From: an uncultured Actinomycetes bacterium
GTDB taxonomy: Bacteria; Actinomycetota; Acidimicrobiia; Spongiisociales; DATADW01
Direction of reading: 5' to 3'
NCBI GenBank assembly: GCA_963824995.1
Contig: CAWGRK010000013.1
Location: 1-64,000, forward strand
Length of the DNA stretch: 64,000 nucleotides
Positions 53,432-64,000 of this stretch are shown in pieces. The stretch's first letter is position 1, and the number at the start of each line of letters is the position of its first letter. The notes under the pieces were generated by a model, which was not told the DNA's origin, made no database searches, and was given only the letters and a program-made list of their open reading frames with translations. Made by a program: the position numbers and the translations under genes.

Positions 53432-54266
53432 GTGCGACGGGTGCTAGCGGCATTCGACCTGACGCCGGTGAGCCGGCGGGTGGCTGAGCGGGCGCGCCTC
53501 GTTGCCGAGAAGCACGGGGCCGAACTGGTGCTGGTCCACGTCGATGAGCCGATGCGCGAGGCCTTCGTCGACCGGACGGTCGAGCAGGTCGTCCGCTCGC
53601 AGCGCCGCCGGTCCGCCGAGGATCTCGTCCGCCTGGGTGCGCCAGCGAGGCGACCTGCGAAATTGAAGTTGACCGTGCAGTCGGGCTCACCCGCCGCCGT
53701 ACTCGGTCGGTTGTCGCGTGATGCCGATCTGGTGGTCGTTGGGACGTCATCGGTCGACGCGGCCAGGGTCGGCCCGATCGCCGCCCGGATGGCCCGGACC
53801 TGTCGGGTTCCCATTGTTGGCGGTGCGGCGTCGACCGCGGACCGGCTATCGGAGGGTGGTCGTCGCCGTTGATCTGTCGCCCCACTCGGCCCGGGCAGTC
53901 GAGACCGTGATCGAGCAGGCACCCGATGCCGAAGTCACCGCGGTGTTCGCTCTGTCCTACCGCTTCGAGTGGCAGTTCGGCGAAGCGGGGATGTTCCCCG
54001 AGGAGGTCCAGCAACTCCGCAAGCAACGTCGGACGAGGGCGGAGGAGAAGCTCGACGAGTTCATCGCCCAGTGGGATGGCCGGGTACCCGCCATCCTCGA
54101 GGAGGGGCCACCTTCTGAGGTGTTGGAGGAGGTCGTCCGCCGTCGGTCGGCCGATCTGGTGGCAGTTGGCCGGCGGGGATGGGGAGGAGCACCGGCGCCG
54201 TTGCTGGGGACCGTCGCCGAGCAGGTTCTCAGCTCGGTCCCGTGCGACGTACTCATCGTACGCTGA
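53432..54266 (+). CDS. tandem universal stress protein (frameshift ~53815)
   Basis: two USP domains: RVLAAFDL, RVVVAVDLS, LLGTVAEQVL..PCDVLIV. Confidence 0.88.
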
Positions 54267-54283
54267 CCTACGATCACCCCCTG

Positions 54284-54362
54284 GGGCCTGTAGCTCAACT
54301 TCGGTCAGAGCAGCGGACTCATAATCCGTCGGTTGCAGGTTCAAATCCTGCCAGGCCCACCA
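54284..54362 (+). tRNA. tRNA with CAT anticodon, probably tRNA-Ile2 (lysidine)
   Basis: gggcctgtagctca...gcggactCATaatccgtcggttgcaggttcaaatcctgccaggcccacca; Ile2 versus Met inferred from overall pattern. Confidence 0.9.
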
Positions 54363-55049
54363 CGCGATTTCCCCAGGAATCGGCATCTGACCAGGGGAAA
54401 ACGTACGCTTCCCCTCACTTTCCGGTAATCGCGGGATTCTGTCAGCGGATGCTCTCCCACTCGTCGGCGGTGATAGCGGTCGACGTGTAAGGCGGGCAGT
54501 TCAAGGACCACCTCGTAACCCTCGCTGGCCGGCTTGAGGCGCTTCACGCTCAGTCAGCCGAGAACGTGCTCGCGCTCCGGCGGTGAGCACCGACCCAGTT
54601 GCCGCGATTGGCGCCGGCCATCACACGCCCGGATCGGCGTAGCCTTGACAGGCGTGTCCAGATCAGGGAGGGGGAATGGCGACAGTCGTGGTCAACATCT
54701 CCGATGACCTCTATCAGCTGATGGAACATTGGCGAGACGAGCTGAACGTTTCCCGCATCTGTGAGAAGGCTCTGGAGAAGGAGGTGCATCGCCTGACCCG
54801 AAAGCATAAGCGCGGGCCCGAGCCCGAACCGGAATGGCATCATCAATTTTAGGACAACCAGCCCGACCGATAATCGATCCGCCCTCGCCGACCGGCCCCG
54901 GGAGTGTGCGACACCGGTACCGGTTACCTACCGCTGAGCGGGGCACCTCTCGGCACGACCCTCTGTCTCGCGTCCGCTACGAGGGTCTTCGCCGTGCTGT
55001 GCGGATCAATGACCTATCGGTTGTAGGTTCAAATCCTGCCAGGGCCCAC
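54329..55049. mobile_element. att-flanked mini-element / integrative element remnant at tRNA 3' end
   Basis: tcggttgcaggttcaaatcctgccaggcccac (54329-54360) recurs as tcggttgtaggttcaaatcctgccagggcccac (55017-55049). Confidence 0.75.
54676..54852 (+). CDS. CcdA-like ribbon-helix-helix antitoxin/regulator (58 aa, absent from ORF track)
   Basis: MATVVVNISDDLYQLMEHWRDELNVSRICEKALEKEV...; GGAGG RBS; TTGACA at 54645. Confidence 0.65.
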   Translation: MATVVVNISDDLYQLMEHWRDELNVSRICEKALEKEVHRLTRKHKRGPEPEPEWHHQF

Positions 55050-55099
55050 GATGCTGAGACGGAGTGCGAGACATCGCTGACGCGGATCTCAGAACAAAC

Positions 55100-55947
55100 C
55101 CCGAGGCGCTACCCGACGCCGAACCACCGCGGATCGTCTCGCCTCCGGGTCAACGGAACGACCTTGTACACCGAGGTCCGCGGTTCTGGCCCGGCGGTGC
55201 TGCTGATCCACGCCGGCGCAGAGGACGCCGAGGGGTGGCGTCCCATCGCTGAGCGCCTCACAGGCTTCACGGTGGTCACTTACGACCGTCGCGGCACCCT
55301 GCGCAGCGGTGCGGACGATTGGCCAGGTGGGGGCTCGGCCCAACATGCCGATGACGCCGCTGGGCTCCTCGAGGCGTTGGGCCTGGGCGACGCTGTGGTA
55401 CTCGGGTACAGCTCGAGTGGGAACATCACGCTCCAATTGGCGCTGCGACACCCCGACCTGATCCGCCGTGCCCTCGTCTACGAACCCGGGTACCTCCGTT
55501 TGGTCCCGGAGGCTGCGGAGCTCCAACGGCGGATGCGCAAGGCCGCCGACCAGTACCTCGCTTCCAACCCCGACGACTGGTCCGGTGCCTACGCGGCGCT
55601 TTTGCGAGGCTGCCGCCCTGGCCACGGACCGGCCCCCTGACACGTCCACCGACGCGCCGCAATCGAGGTCGTGGTACGACGAGCGGGAGGAGGGCAATGC
55701 CGAGACGCTCTTGCTCGACGACATCCCGATCCTGACCCTCGAGAACGTCGATCAGGCCGCTCTGGCTTCGGCTCAGGCAGATATCCGTTTCTCCTTCGGG
55801 TCGAAAACGATCCCGGCCATGCGCGACATCTCGACCCGTCTGGCTGCGGTCCGAGGGACGGTGCCCGACGTCATCGACGAGACTGAACATTTCCTCTACT
55901 ACTACCCAGACACCGTCGCCGCCTACGTCCGAGCACAGCTCTCCTGA
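55100..55947 (+). CDS. alpha/beta hydrolase (frameshifted; start approximate)
   Basis: GSGPAVLLIH, YDRRG, GYSSSG nucleophile elbow, YEP. Confidence 0.85.
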
Positions 55948-55979
55948 CGGGCGGGGTCGGTCTGAGTTCCGATTCTTGT

Positions 55980-56425
55980 CTGAGGGTGACTACTGGGTGG
56001 CTTGTCGGATCACCGATTCGATTGGCTGTGCCGACATGATCGGAGTCGGCGTGGCGATGAACGACCTTCCAGCCGGTCTCCTCCGGGCGGAGGACCATCG
56101 TGACCCGTAACGAAAACGGCGTCACCTCCTCCAGCTCCCCGAGCCTGGCCCTCATGTGCTCGATCTGCACGACGTAAGCAAGGTCACTTGTCTGATACGT
56201 CTCGATTACTTCGAAATTCAGGGCTTCACCGTCGGTGACGTTCGACGCGACGTGCTCGATTGTCTCGGCTACGCGCTTCCAGCCGTGCACCGGGGGGCCC
56301 AATGGGTTCGCCACGGTGACATCGTCACCGTGCGACCACACAGCCTTGAGCGGTTCGGGGTCGCCCTTGACCAGCGCGTCGGTCCCTTGACGCCACCTGT
56401 CGAGTACCTGATCGAGGTCGTCCAT
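55980..56425 (-). CDS. SnoaL/NTF2-like (DUF4440-type) protein (3' end uncertain)
   Basis: WSHGDDVTVANPLG, LRVTMVLRPE..GWKVVHRHAD. Confidence 0.85.
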
Positions 56426-56534
56426 GGCCAATGAGACTATCGAGCACCCTACGCGCATGAACAGTCGACTCGGTTCGCCTAGCGTCACGGGGGATGATCG
56501 TCGTCGACGACCGAGGACGGAACGGCCTGAAGAG

Positions 56535-57204
56535 GTGTGGCGTTCACATCTGCCTGGCGTCGTGGCTGTTGTGCTTGCTGCGTGCGACGGCGGTGCCACA
56601 GACACGACTGTCCCGGGCATCGATACGACCGTCGGCGTTGCCAGCACCGCGCCAAGCACGGACGACACCGAGCCGCGCACCGATGACACGACGACCGACG
56701 ACACCGAGCCGAGAACCGAGGACACTTCCACCGATGTCACCGAGCCACGGACCGACGACACCGCGTCGACGGCCGGCACCGGTGCCGAGGGCGGGGAGAC
56801 GATCGTCGATGTCGCTGCCGGAATCGGGCGGTTCGCAACGTTGCTCAGCGCCATCGATGCTGCGGGGCTGACCGAGGAGTTGGCGGGGGCAGGTCCCTAC
56901 ACCCTCTTCGCCCCAACCGACGATGCGTTTGCCGATCTACCCGAAGGGACATTGGAGGAGATCCTCGCCGACCCGGCGCAGCTCGAGCCCTTCCTGCTGT
57001 ACCACATCGTCCCTGGTGAGTACCCGGCAGCCGATCTGGCTGCCGAGACCTCGCTCTCCACCGCCGAGGGGTCCGACCTACCGGTCACGTTCGAGGGGCG
57101 AGACCGTAATGGTCGGTGATGCCACCGTCCTCGAGAGCGACATCACTGCCGGTAACGGTGTGATCCATGTGATCGACCGTGTCCTCACCGTTCCCGACGA
57201 CTAG
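56535..57204 (+). CDS. fasciclin-domain lipoprotein (frameshift ~57095)
   Basis: LAAC lipobox, TLFAPTDDAF, LLYHIV, NGVIHVIDRVL. Confidence 0.9.
56658..56765 (+). repeat. 36-bp coding tandem repeat x3 (TDDTEPRTDDTT-like)
   Basis: three diverged 12-codon units in the fasciclin linker. Confidence 0.85.
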
Positions 57205-57423
57205 GGGATCGCTGGTCTCGTCCGGCCGGCGCCCCTGCAATACCGACACGAGTAGTCCTATCCCGATCAGCACGAGGATGGCCGGGCCCACGGCGCGCCC
57301 GATCGTGATCATCCACCCAGGCTCGACCGGGAGCCAGATGGTGAGAGCGGCCAGGACTGCGAAGAAGGCACCGAAAATGAATGACCAGACGTCGAATCGG
57401 TGGCGTTCGCTTGCACTGTTCAT
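57201..57423 (-). CDS. small membrane protein of the PspC locus (3' end uncertain)
   Basis: HRFDVWSFIFG...GPAILVLIGIGLL; overlaps upstream gene stop. Confidence 0.65.
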
Positions 57424-58644
57424 CTCCTCGGATCGAGAAACGGCGGTGAGGGTGGGATCGGTGCGATCGGCCCGAACTTCTCGCGGCCTAGCCGGACCTC
57501 AGCGGTACCCACTCCGACGGAGGCGTTGAGGTCGATCGAGCCCTCGTCGCCGACCAGCGTCACCGACCGGCTGACGTCGAGCCCGGAGGCGTGCTGCCCG
57601 AGCACGTAACGACCTCACCCGCCTGGGCGGTCACAAGCGAGTCCACCGCCACCCCCTCGGGAAGCTCCACGATGAGCTCGCCTGCACCGACCGATACCTC
57701 GACCGTCACCGATGCCCCGTCGAGGTCGAGGGCCCTCATGTCGAGGACAAGGGACCCTGAATCGGCTCGGTACTCGGGCAGCAGGTCGTCGATTTCGAGC
57801 GGGCGGATCACCTGATTCGTGTAGCTGTAGTCCCAGGTCAGCTCGGAGAAGCGGGCAACGAGCAACAGAGGGAGGAGCAGCAGCCCGGGAATCACCAGCC
57901 ACTTCGCTCGACCCCAAAAGGAGCCGACCAGCAGTCCGAGAGCGATGACTCCGAGACCGATGCCGAGATAGTGCATTGCGGTGGGGAGCGAGGACCCCGG
58001 TCACATCGAGCAGCGCAACCACCCCGATCGCGACCAGTGCGACCGCAATGGTGAGACGACCCAGGATCGACGCGGCCTTCTTGGTCTTGGAGGTGGTGGC
58101 GGAGGAGGCGGCACTGCAGGTTGTCGCTCGACGATCGCCATGCCGGTGATCCATCGGTGCCGTAGACCTCAGTTGTCCTCCGGACAGGCCGCCCGACGGC
58201 GACGAGCTGCGCCGGTAGAGGAGGATCCCGCACACCACCAACGCGGCACCGACCACCAGTTCGCCGCTGACGATCCCCATCCAACCGAGGAGGACCGCAA
58301 GGCCGAGCCCGATGAGCGCCACACCGAGGACGAGCGAGGTATCGGCCGGCGACGAAACCCCGAGGACGGACTTGTCGGTGCCGTCCTCGGGAATGAGCAG
58401 CCAGCCGGCCAGGTAGAGGAGGGCTCCGACGCCTCCCGCGAATACAAAGGGCGATGAACCCGGTACGGACCACCCAGAGGGCAACCCCGTAACGCTCGGC
58501 AATCCCTCCCGCCACCCCGGCCACGACCCGGTGCGAGCGGGAGCGGTGGAGTGATGGCGCGCGCGCTGGGCTGGGTGGTGGCGGCGGTGGCGGCGGTGGT
58601 GGCGGTGGGAGGTCGGCGGTGGTCGTGGTCGCTTCGTCGTTCAT
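57420..58644 (-). CDS. PspC-domain membrane protein with LiaF-like C-terminus (frameshifted)
   Basis: poly-Pro, LHRSRSHRVVAGVAGGIAE, LLYLAGWLLIP, GSLVLDM..VGAGEL. Confidence 0.85.
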
Positions 58645-58680
58645 GCCGCCATCCTGAGGGCGCAGCTTCCGGAGTCCATC

Positions 58681-58736
58681 GGGGATGTCCCCCAGAGTCC
58701 CCTAACCCCGCAGCCAGGTGCCGAGGGTGATCACCC
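58681..58736. promoter_or_regulatory. inverted repeats in divergent PspC/kinase promoter
   Basis: GGGGAtgTCCCC and perfect GGGTGATCACCC (58725-58736). Confidence 0.5.
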
Positions 58737-58773
58737 ATTGTCGGCGCATCGTCCGCCATGGGATCATCGGACC

Positions 58774-59969
58774 GTGGAATCCGCCACGACCACCAAATCG
58801 CGCCTCGAATTGCACCGCGACCGCCAACGTGGCGTCCTCGGTGGTGTCGCCGCCGGGCTGGGGCGCTCGCTCGGGATCGAGCCGGTCTACGTCCGGGCCG
58901 GTTTCGTCACGCTCGGGCTGGTCTATGGACTGGGACTCGTTCTCTATGTCGGTCTCTGGGCGATCCTCCCCGAGGAGCATGGCCCAGCGGCCGCACCATC
59001 GCGGCAATCGACCGGCGCCAGCGGCTCGGCCTCCTCGTGGTCTTCTTCGCGGGACCTTTTCATTCTCCGCGGAGTCGGGCTCTGGCCCGGCGACGTCGTC
59101 ATGGCTGCGGGCACTGCCATGGCCTTCGGGCTGGCTGCGTTATGGGACCGATCCGAGGGCAGCCGACGCCGGGGCGATGCCCGACTTGCTGCTCCCCGGC
59201 GACCGGGGCGAGAGATCGGTGGGTCGGCTCGTCGTGGGGGGCCTACTTCTTCTGGTCGGGCTGGGACTCCTCGCTGGGGGAATCGACGCCATCTCCGGGT
59301 TGGGCACTGTCGTGCTGGCGGCCCTGGTGACCGCCGCCGGGGTCACCCTGGTGCTGGGTCCGTGGCTGGTGGGTCTGGCACGTGATCTGGGCAGGGAGAG
59401 GACCGAGAGGATCCGCCAGGAGGAACGAGCCGAGATGACCGCCCATCTCCACGATTCGGTGCTCCAGACGCTCGCCTTGATGCAGCGCACCGACGACCCG
59501 CGACGGATGGTCACGCTGGCCAGGGCTCAGGAGCGGGAATTGCGCCGCTGGCTGTACGAGAAGGGCCCGGCGGTGGAGGGTGAGCGGCTGGTGGCGACTC
59601 TGCGCTCGGCCGCCGACAGGGTCGAGACAGATTTCGATCTACCGATCGAGGTGGTGGCGGTGGGTGATCTCCCGCTCGATGACCGCACCCGGGCGATGGT
59701 GGCTGCGGCCGGAGAGGCGATGACCAATGCGGCACGCCACTCCGGCGCCGGCTCGATCTCGGTTTACCTCGAGGTGGGGGACGGAGGCTGTCGACGTCTG
59801 GGTGACCGACCAAGGGCAAGGGGTTCGATCCACGGCGCTATCCCGCCCGACAGGCGTGGGAATCGCCGAGTCGATCGTCGCCCGGATGCGCCGGCACGGC
59901 GGGAGCGCCGAGCTGAGCAGCGAACCTGGGGAGGGCACCGAGGTGCATCTCCGGTTGGAGCGCGGATGA
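58774..59969 (+). CDS. PspC-domain sensor histidine kinase (frameshifted)
   Basis: GVLGGVAAGL PspC domain; AHLHDSVLQTL H-box; EAMTNAARHSG; GEGTEV. Confidence 0.9.
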
Positions 59970-60597
59970 TCAAGCTGTTCCTGGTGGACGACCACGAGTT
60001 GTTCCTCGCCGGCGTGCGATCCGAGTTGGGCGAGCACTTCGAGATCGTCGGATCGTCGGGCGACGTGGACGAGGCGGTCAACGCCATCCGGGCGGCCCAA
60101 CCCGAAGTGGTGCTTGATCGACGTCCACATGCCGGGGGGTGGCGGGATCGCCGTGGTGCGCAGCCTGGCCGACGCCCATCCCGAGGTGCGCTTCCTGGCG
60201 CTGTCGGTGTCCGACGAGCCCGAGGACGTCATCGCCATGATCCGCGCCGGGGCGCGCGGCTATGTGACCAAGTCGATCGCTCCCAGCCGACCTGGTCGAG
60301 GCGATCCGACGGGTGGACGATGGAGATGCCGTCTTCTCGCCGCGGCTCGCCGGTTTCGTGCTCGATGCCTTCGCCGGGTCGGTCCCAGCCGCCGATCCCG
60401 AGCTGGACCAGCTGACCCCGAGGGAGCGGGAGGTGCTTCGCCTCATCGCCCGTGGCTTCGCCTACAAGCAGGTCGCCCGCCGTCTCGAGATCTCGGTGAA
60501 GACGGTCGAGTCGCATGTCTCGGCGGTGCTTCGCAAGCTGCAGCTCTCCAGCCGTCACGAATTGGCACGGTGGGCCACCGACCGGAGGATCGTCTAG
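59966..60597 (+). CDS. NarL/LuxR response regulator (frameshifted)
   Basis: LVDDH, DVHMPGGGG, LTPREREVL..KTVESH. Confidence 0.92.
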
Positions 60598-60683
60598 GCG
60601 GCACCCGTGGGGAGTTCGGGGAGCTGGTTCACTCCCAAGAGGGCGATAGCCGCGGTCGAGCGCCGTTGGGAGTTCGGGATTCT

Positions 60684-60780
60684 CCTACCCGCTGCTGGCG
60701 CTGCGGGTGACTCCGCTTCGGGGGGACGGAAATGAAGAGCGGACGAGGTCGGATCGGCCGCCGTCCGCCGTCCGCCGTCC
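60684..60780. repeat. REP-like palindrome plus (GCCGTCC)x3 heptamer array
   Basis: second copy of the 44115-44165 core; array at 60760-60780 next to the convergent gene stop. Confidence 0.75.
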
Positions 60781-60782
60781 TC

Positions 60783-62459
60783 TTACCCACCGACGGCGTA
60801 GAAGAATCCGTTGCGGGAACCGACGTAGAGGGTGCCGTCCCAGACGATCGGGGTGGACTCGAGTCTCGCCGCTCTCGGGTAGCTCGACTGTCCAGAGGCG
60901 CTCGGGATGTCGGGATCGGCCAGGGAGTAGCCACGGATTCCAGAGGCGAAGGTGGCCTGGATGAGTTGATCGCCGACGATCACCGGAGACGACCACGTCT
61001 TGGGACCGACCGAATCGCGCCACACCACCTCACCGTTGGCGGCGCTGACGGCGAGCAGTTCGCCAGTGTGGGTTGGGACGTAGACCAGCCCTTCGTAGAG
61101 CACCGGACTCGCCCATATCCCTGCGTTCTCGCCACCGGCGGTGAGGTCGACACCCCAGAGTCTCGGGTCGACCTTCGGAGTATGGGTCGAGCTTGACCAG
61201 TTGACCGACCTCACGCTGGTGGGCGGCCTCGGCCGCTGACATCGGGGGCTTCCCCGCCTTGTCGTTGGGCTCGAATTCGATGGGAACGATCAACCGGCCC
61301 TTGGGGTCCACGGCCATGGTCCCGTCGATGTCACCGCCCGACCAATAGTCGAAGACGATCGGGAGCGCGACCCTTCCCGGATGTCACTGATGTCGAAGCC
61401 GAGGATCCGACCCGCCGAGTTGGCGATGTACACCCTGTTGCGGAAGAACACCGGGCTGTTCTCGACGCTGATCTCGACGTCGTAGTCGAGATCTGACCCG
61501 CTGCCATCGCGGGGCAGTTCGTCGACGGGCGGCATCGGCTTGCCCTCGTTGAGCATGTCGAGGAACTCGTCGTCGTAGGTCGGCACCGAGAACAGGATCT
61601 CGGGGCGGACACGCACCCGGCCCTGCTCGCCGTAGCTGCGGTTCAACTCGATGGCGTAGAACCAGCCGTTCTCGCCGCCAACGTAGAGGATGCCGTCGAT
61701 GATGGCCGGGCTCGAGTCCCAGTCGTCGTTCCACAGACCATCGACATCGAAGGCGTCCATCGACCAGATCTGACCCACCGGTTCCCGGTCGAGTGCGACG
61801 ATCCGGAACTTGTTGTCCCGTGAGCCGAAGTAGAGCAGGGGGTAGCCGTCTGGGTCGATCGCACCGAAACCCTTGATGAGGTCGTCGGTGGCGAACGGCT
61901 CTCTGGTCGGTTGGCCGGTTGCGGCGTCGAGGAAGTGGACCGCACCGTCGTAGCCGCCGAATACGACCTCGGTTGTTCCCTCGAGATTGGTCCAGACCAG
62001 CGGTTGCCCGGTCCAGCCGCTTCCGCACCACTCGGACTCCTCCCCGAGATCGACCGAGACCGAACACATCTCTCCCTCGGGGTAACTCCACTCGATCTGC
62101 GGTTCGGCGTCGAGCGTCCCCTGCCCGAACCAGGACCGGGTCGGATTGCCCCGGAACATGGTGACCCCCTCAGTCGTACCCCAGGGGGCACCGAGGCTGT
62201 CGGGCGGGACCGCCATCGGCTGAGGCGGGACGGTGGTGGTGGTCGCCAACGTCGATTCGGCAGCGGACCCCGGGGACGGAGCTCGGCGATCCGGCACCGC
62301 CGACGTCGCCGGAGAAAACGTCGAGGAGCAGCCAGATGGCGACCCGGCCGCCACCACCAGCAAGACGACTGTGACCAGCCTCGCCTGACGGCGCGCCTGG
62401 TTCTCGCTGCGATGACGCGGGGGATCGGGTGGGGCGGATCGGGTCTGCTGCTCGGTCAC
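60783..62459 (-). CDS. PQQ-like beta-propeller membrane-anchored protein (frameshifted)
   Basis: MFRGNPTR, GWTGQPLV, DWDSSPAI, WASPV, LESTP..LYVGSRNG. Confidence 0.8.
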
Positions 62460-63784
62460 GCTGGCTCCTCGACCGGGCAGTTCTGGCAACCCGGAAGGCG
62501 GTCAGGGTCGGCCGATGGTACTGCGACCCGTGACGATCACCGGTTGTCTGCGGCGGCCTGGAGCGGCGGCCGGTGCCGCAGCGGGCCGGATCGTCGACAC
62601 CGAGCCGATCGGCGGCTTCGTGCGAAGACAGCCTGACCAGGCTCACCATGGCTGCCCTGACCCTCTCCGGATCGGCCACCTGCGAGCTTCTGCTCGACTC
62701 GCCCGTAGTCGGGTGCGGTGATCGGAACGGTGAGCACCTGGCGGGGGGAGAGGGTGGGGAGCATGTCGACCATGTCGGGGACGAGGTCGAGCGGGATGTC
62801 GCTGGTGACACTGTTCGCCAAGTGCGCCGACCATCGAGGGGATCGACGACACCAGTCCCGCAGGTCGAAGCGAGCGGACCACGCCTGCCGCCGGCGCAGC
62901 GCTTGCCTGTGCGGGGTGTCGACGAAGTCCGTCTCGTCGAGATTGCTCGAATCGAACACCACGGCGTGGTGCACCGGGATACCGAGCAGCGTCTGCACGC
63001 CATCCTTGACCATGGCGGCGCCGGGGTCGGCAGACCCTGGATAGAGACGGCGGTGACGGGTTGCCGAACCGGTAGAGGTCGGTCAGCGAACCATCGCCGG
63101 GGGAGTCGGTCCGTGGCTCTGGAAGGCGCGGGATCCCGGTGAGATTTGCGGGAAGGGCTACTGCGGCGACACGGTCATCCCCCGGGAAGACGGTGATGAC
63201 CATTGCGTCACTCGGACCTCGGCTGGCGCCACTGGGTTCCGCTCCGCCCCGAGGAAGAGCACGGTGAGACGCTCGCCCGGCCGCCATCTCGCTGTGGCCA
63301 TGGTGGCCCGTTACTTGCCGCCGGGTTGTTGGAAGACGGTGGTGACCACTTGGTGAGCCTGCGCTGCCTGAGCGCCGATCGAAGGATGCGGCAATACGAC
63401 CATTGCCATCACCACCACACCGGCGAGTGCGAAGCCCGGGTGCCGATCCCCCGTCCACCTTGGTAGGCGTCGGCAGCAGCCCAGGCTCGGACCGCCAAGA
63501 AGACTCCGTTGACCACGAAGATCGTGGCGAGCGCTCCCGGACGCATCGCCACTTCGAGGATGTAGACGGGTCCCCGCCGATTGAGGAACCAGATGGCGCC
63601 GATCGTGGCCAACAAGGCAACTGCGGAGACGATCAGCAACGGCGCGGCCTGCCTCCTCCGGCCCTGGAACCATTGACCGGCACCGGGGATCACGGCAGAG
63701 GCTGCGAGCGGCCAGGGCGGGTCGGTGCTTCAGAGACGTTCCGAACGGGACAGGATCTGGCGTCGGGAGACGACTCTCAGACAT
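62456..63784 (-). CDS. probable LCP (LytR-CpsA-Psr) family membrane protein (heavily frameshifted)
   Basis: IPGAGQW TM N-terminus, SDAMVI..AAVALP, VQTLLGIPVHH, RRRQ, VTSDIP. Confidence 0.55.
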
Positions 63785-64000
63785 GGCGCCGAGCTCCTCG
63801 CGGGCATGGTCGGGTGCGTTGTCGTGCTCTCGACGCGCCCGTCCGCCCGGTCGCCGATGCCGTCGGGAAGTCAACCACCCCGAAAGACGACGGTGGTTCG
63901 AGCTGGATCCGGTCCTGCATGCGGCCTACGACTCCGGAGTGCTCACGGTGACGATGCCGCTCCCGTCGGCTCTTGGCCCGCAGACCGCGCCGTATCCCTG

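Noticed and set aside
55017..55049. Second tRNA gene
   Set aside because: Only the T-arm and 3' acceptor strand are present; treated as an att repeat.
8929..63784. Many frameshifts read as pseudogenes or programmed frameshifting
   Set aside because: They hit essential genes (holA, dnaG, rpoD), often several per gene, with no shared slippery motif and rising density along the window; best explained as long-read indel errors.

Overview
High-GC actinobacterial chromosomal segment; gene content and style suggest class Acidimicrobiia (inference). The backbone is housekeeping: tam, leuS, ppk2, comEA-comEC, folP-like, holA, rpsT, lepA-hemW-hrcA-dnaJ, a BldD-like regulator, HIT, phoH, a 7TM-HD phosphodiesterase, ybeY, a CNNM/CBS protein, era, lutABC, recO, uppS, glyQS, dnaG, rpoD, tRNA-Asn, tRNA-Ile2(CAT) and a PspC two-component locus. 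Many genes, including essential ones, carry small indels, increasingly after ~32 kb, which points to long-read errors rather than pseudogenes. Highlights: (1) a ~14 kb catabolic island (LacI, amide-type ABC transporter, MMSDH-family dehydrogenase, enamidase, DUF1185, LLM oxidoreductase, Mo-hydroxylase large subunit, amidase) that reads as a variant reductive nicotinate/pyridine pathway; (2) a BldD homologue with an intact c-di-GMP motif and an upstream BldD-box-like palindrome; (3) dispersed 7-nt tandem arrays with a consistent polarity relative to genes, plus REP-like palindromes; (4) a ~0.7 kb att-flanked mini-element at tRNA-Ile2 carrying an un-called CcdA-like ORF; (5) an SdrD-B-like domain inserted in the PgpH-like phosphodiesterase; (6) frequent leaderless TANNNT promoters. 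All family assignments are from motif recognition; no searches were run.
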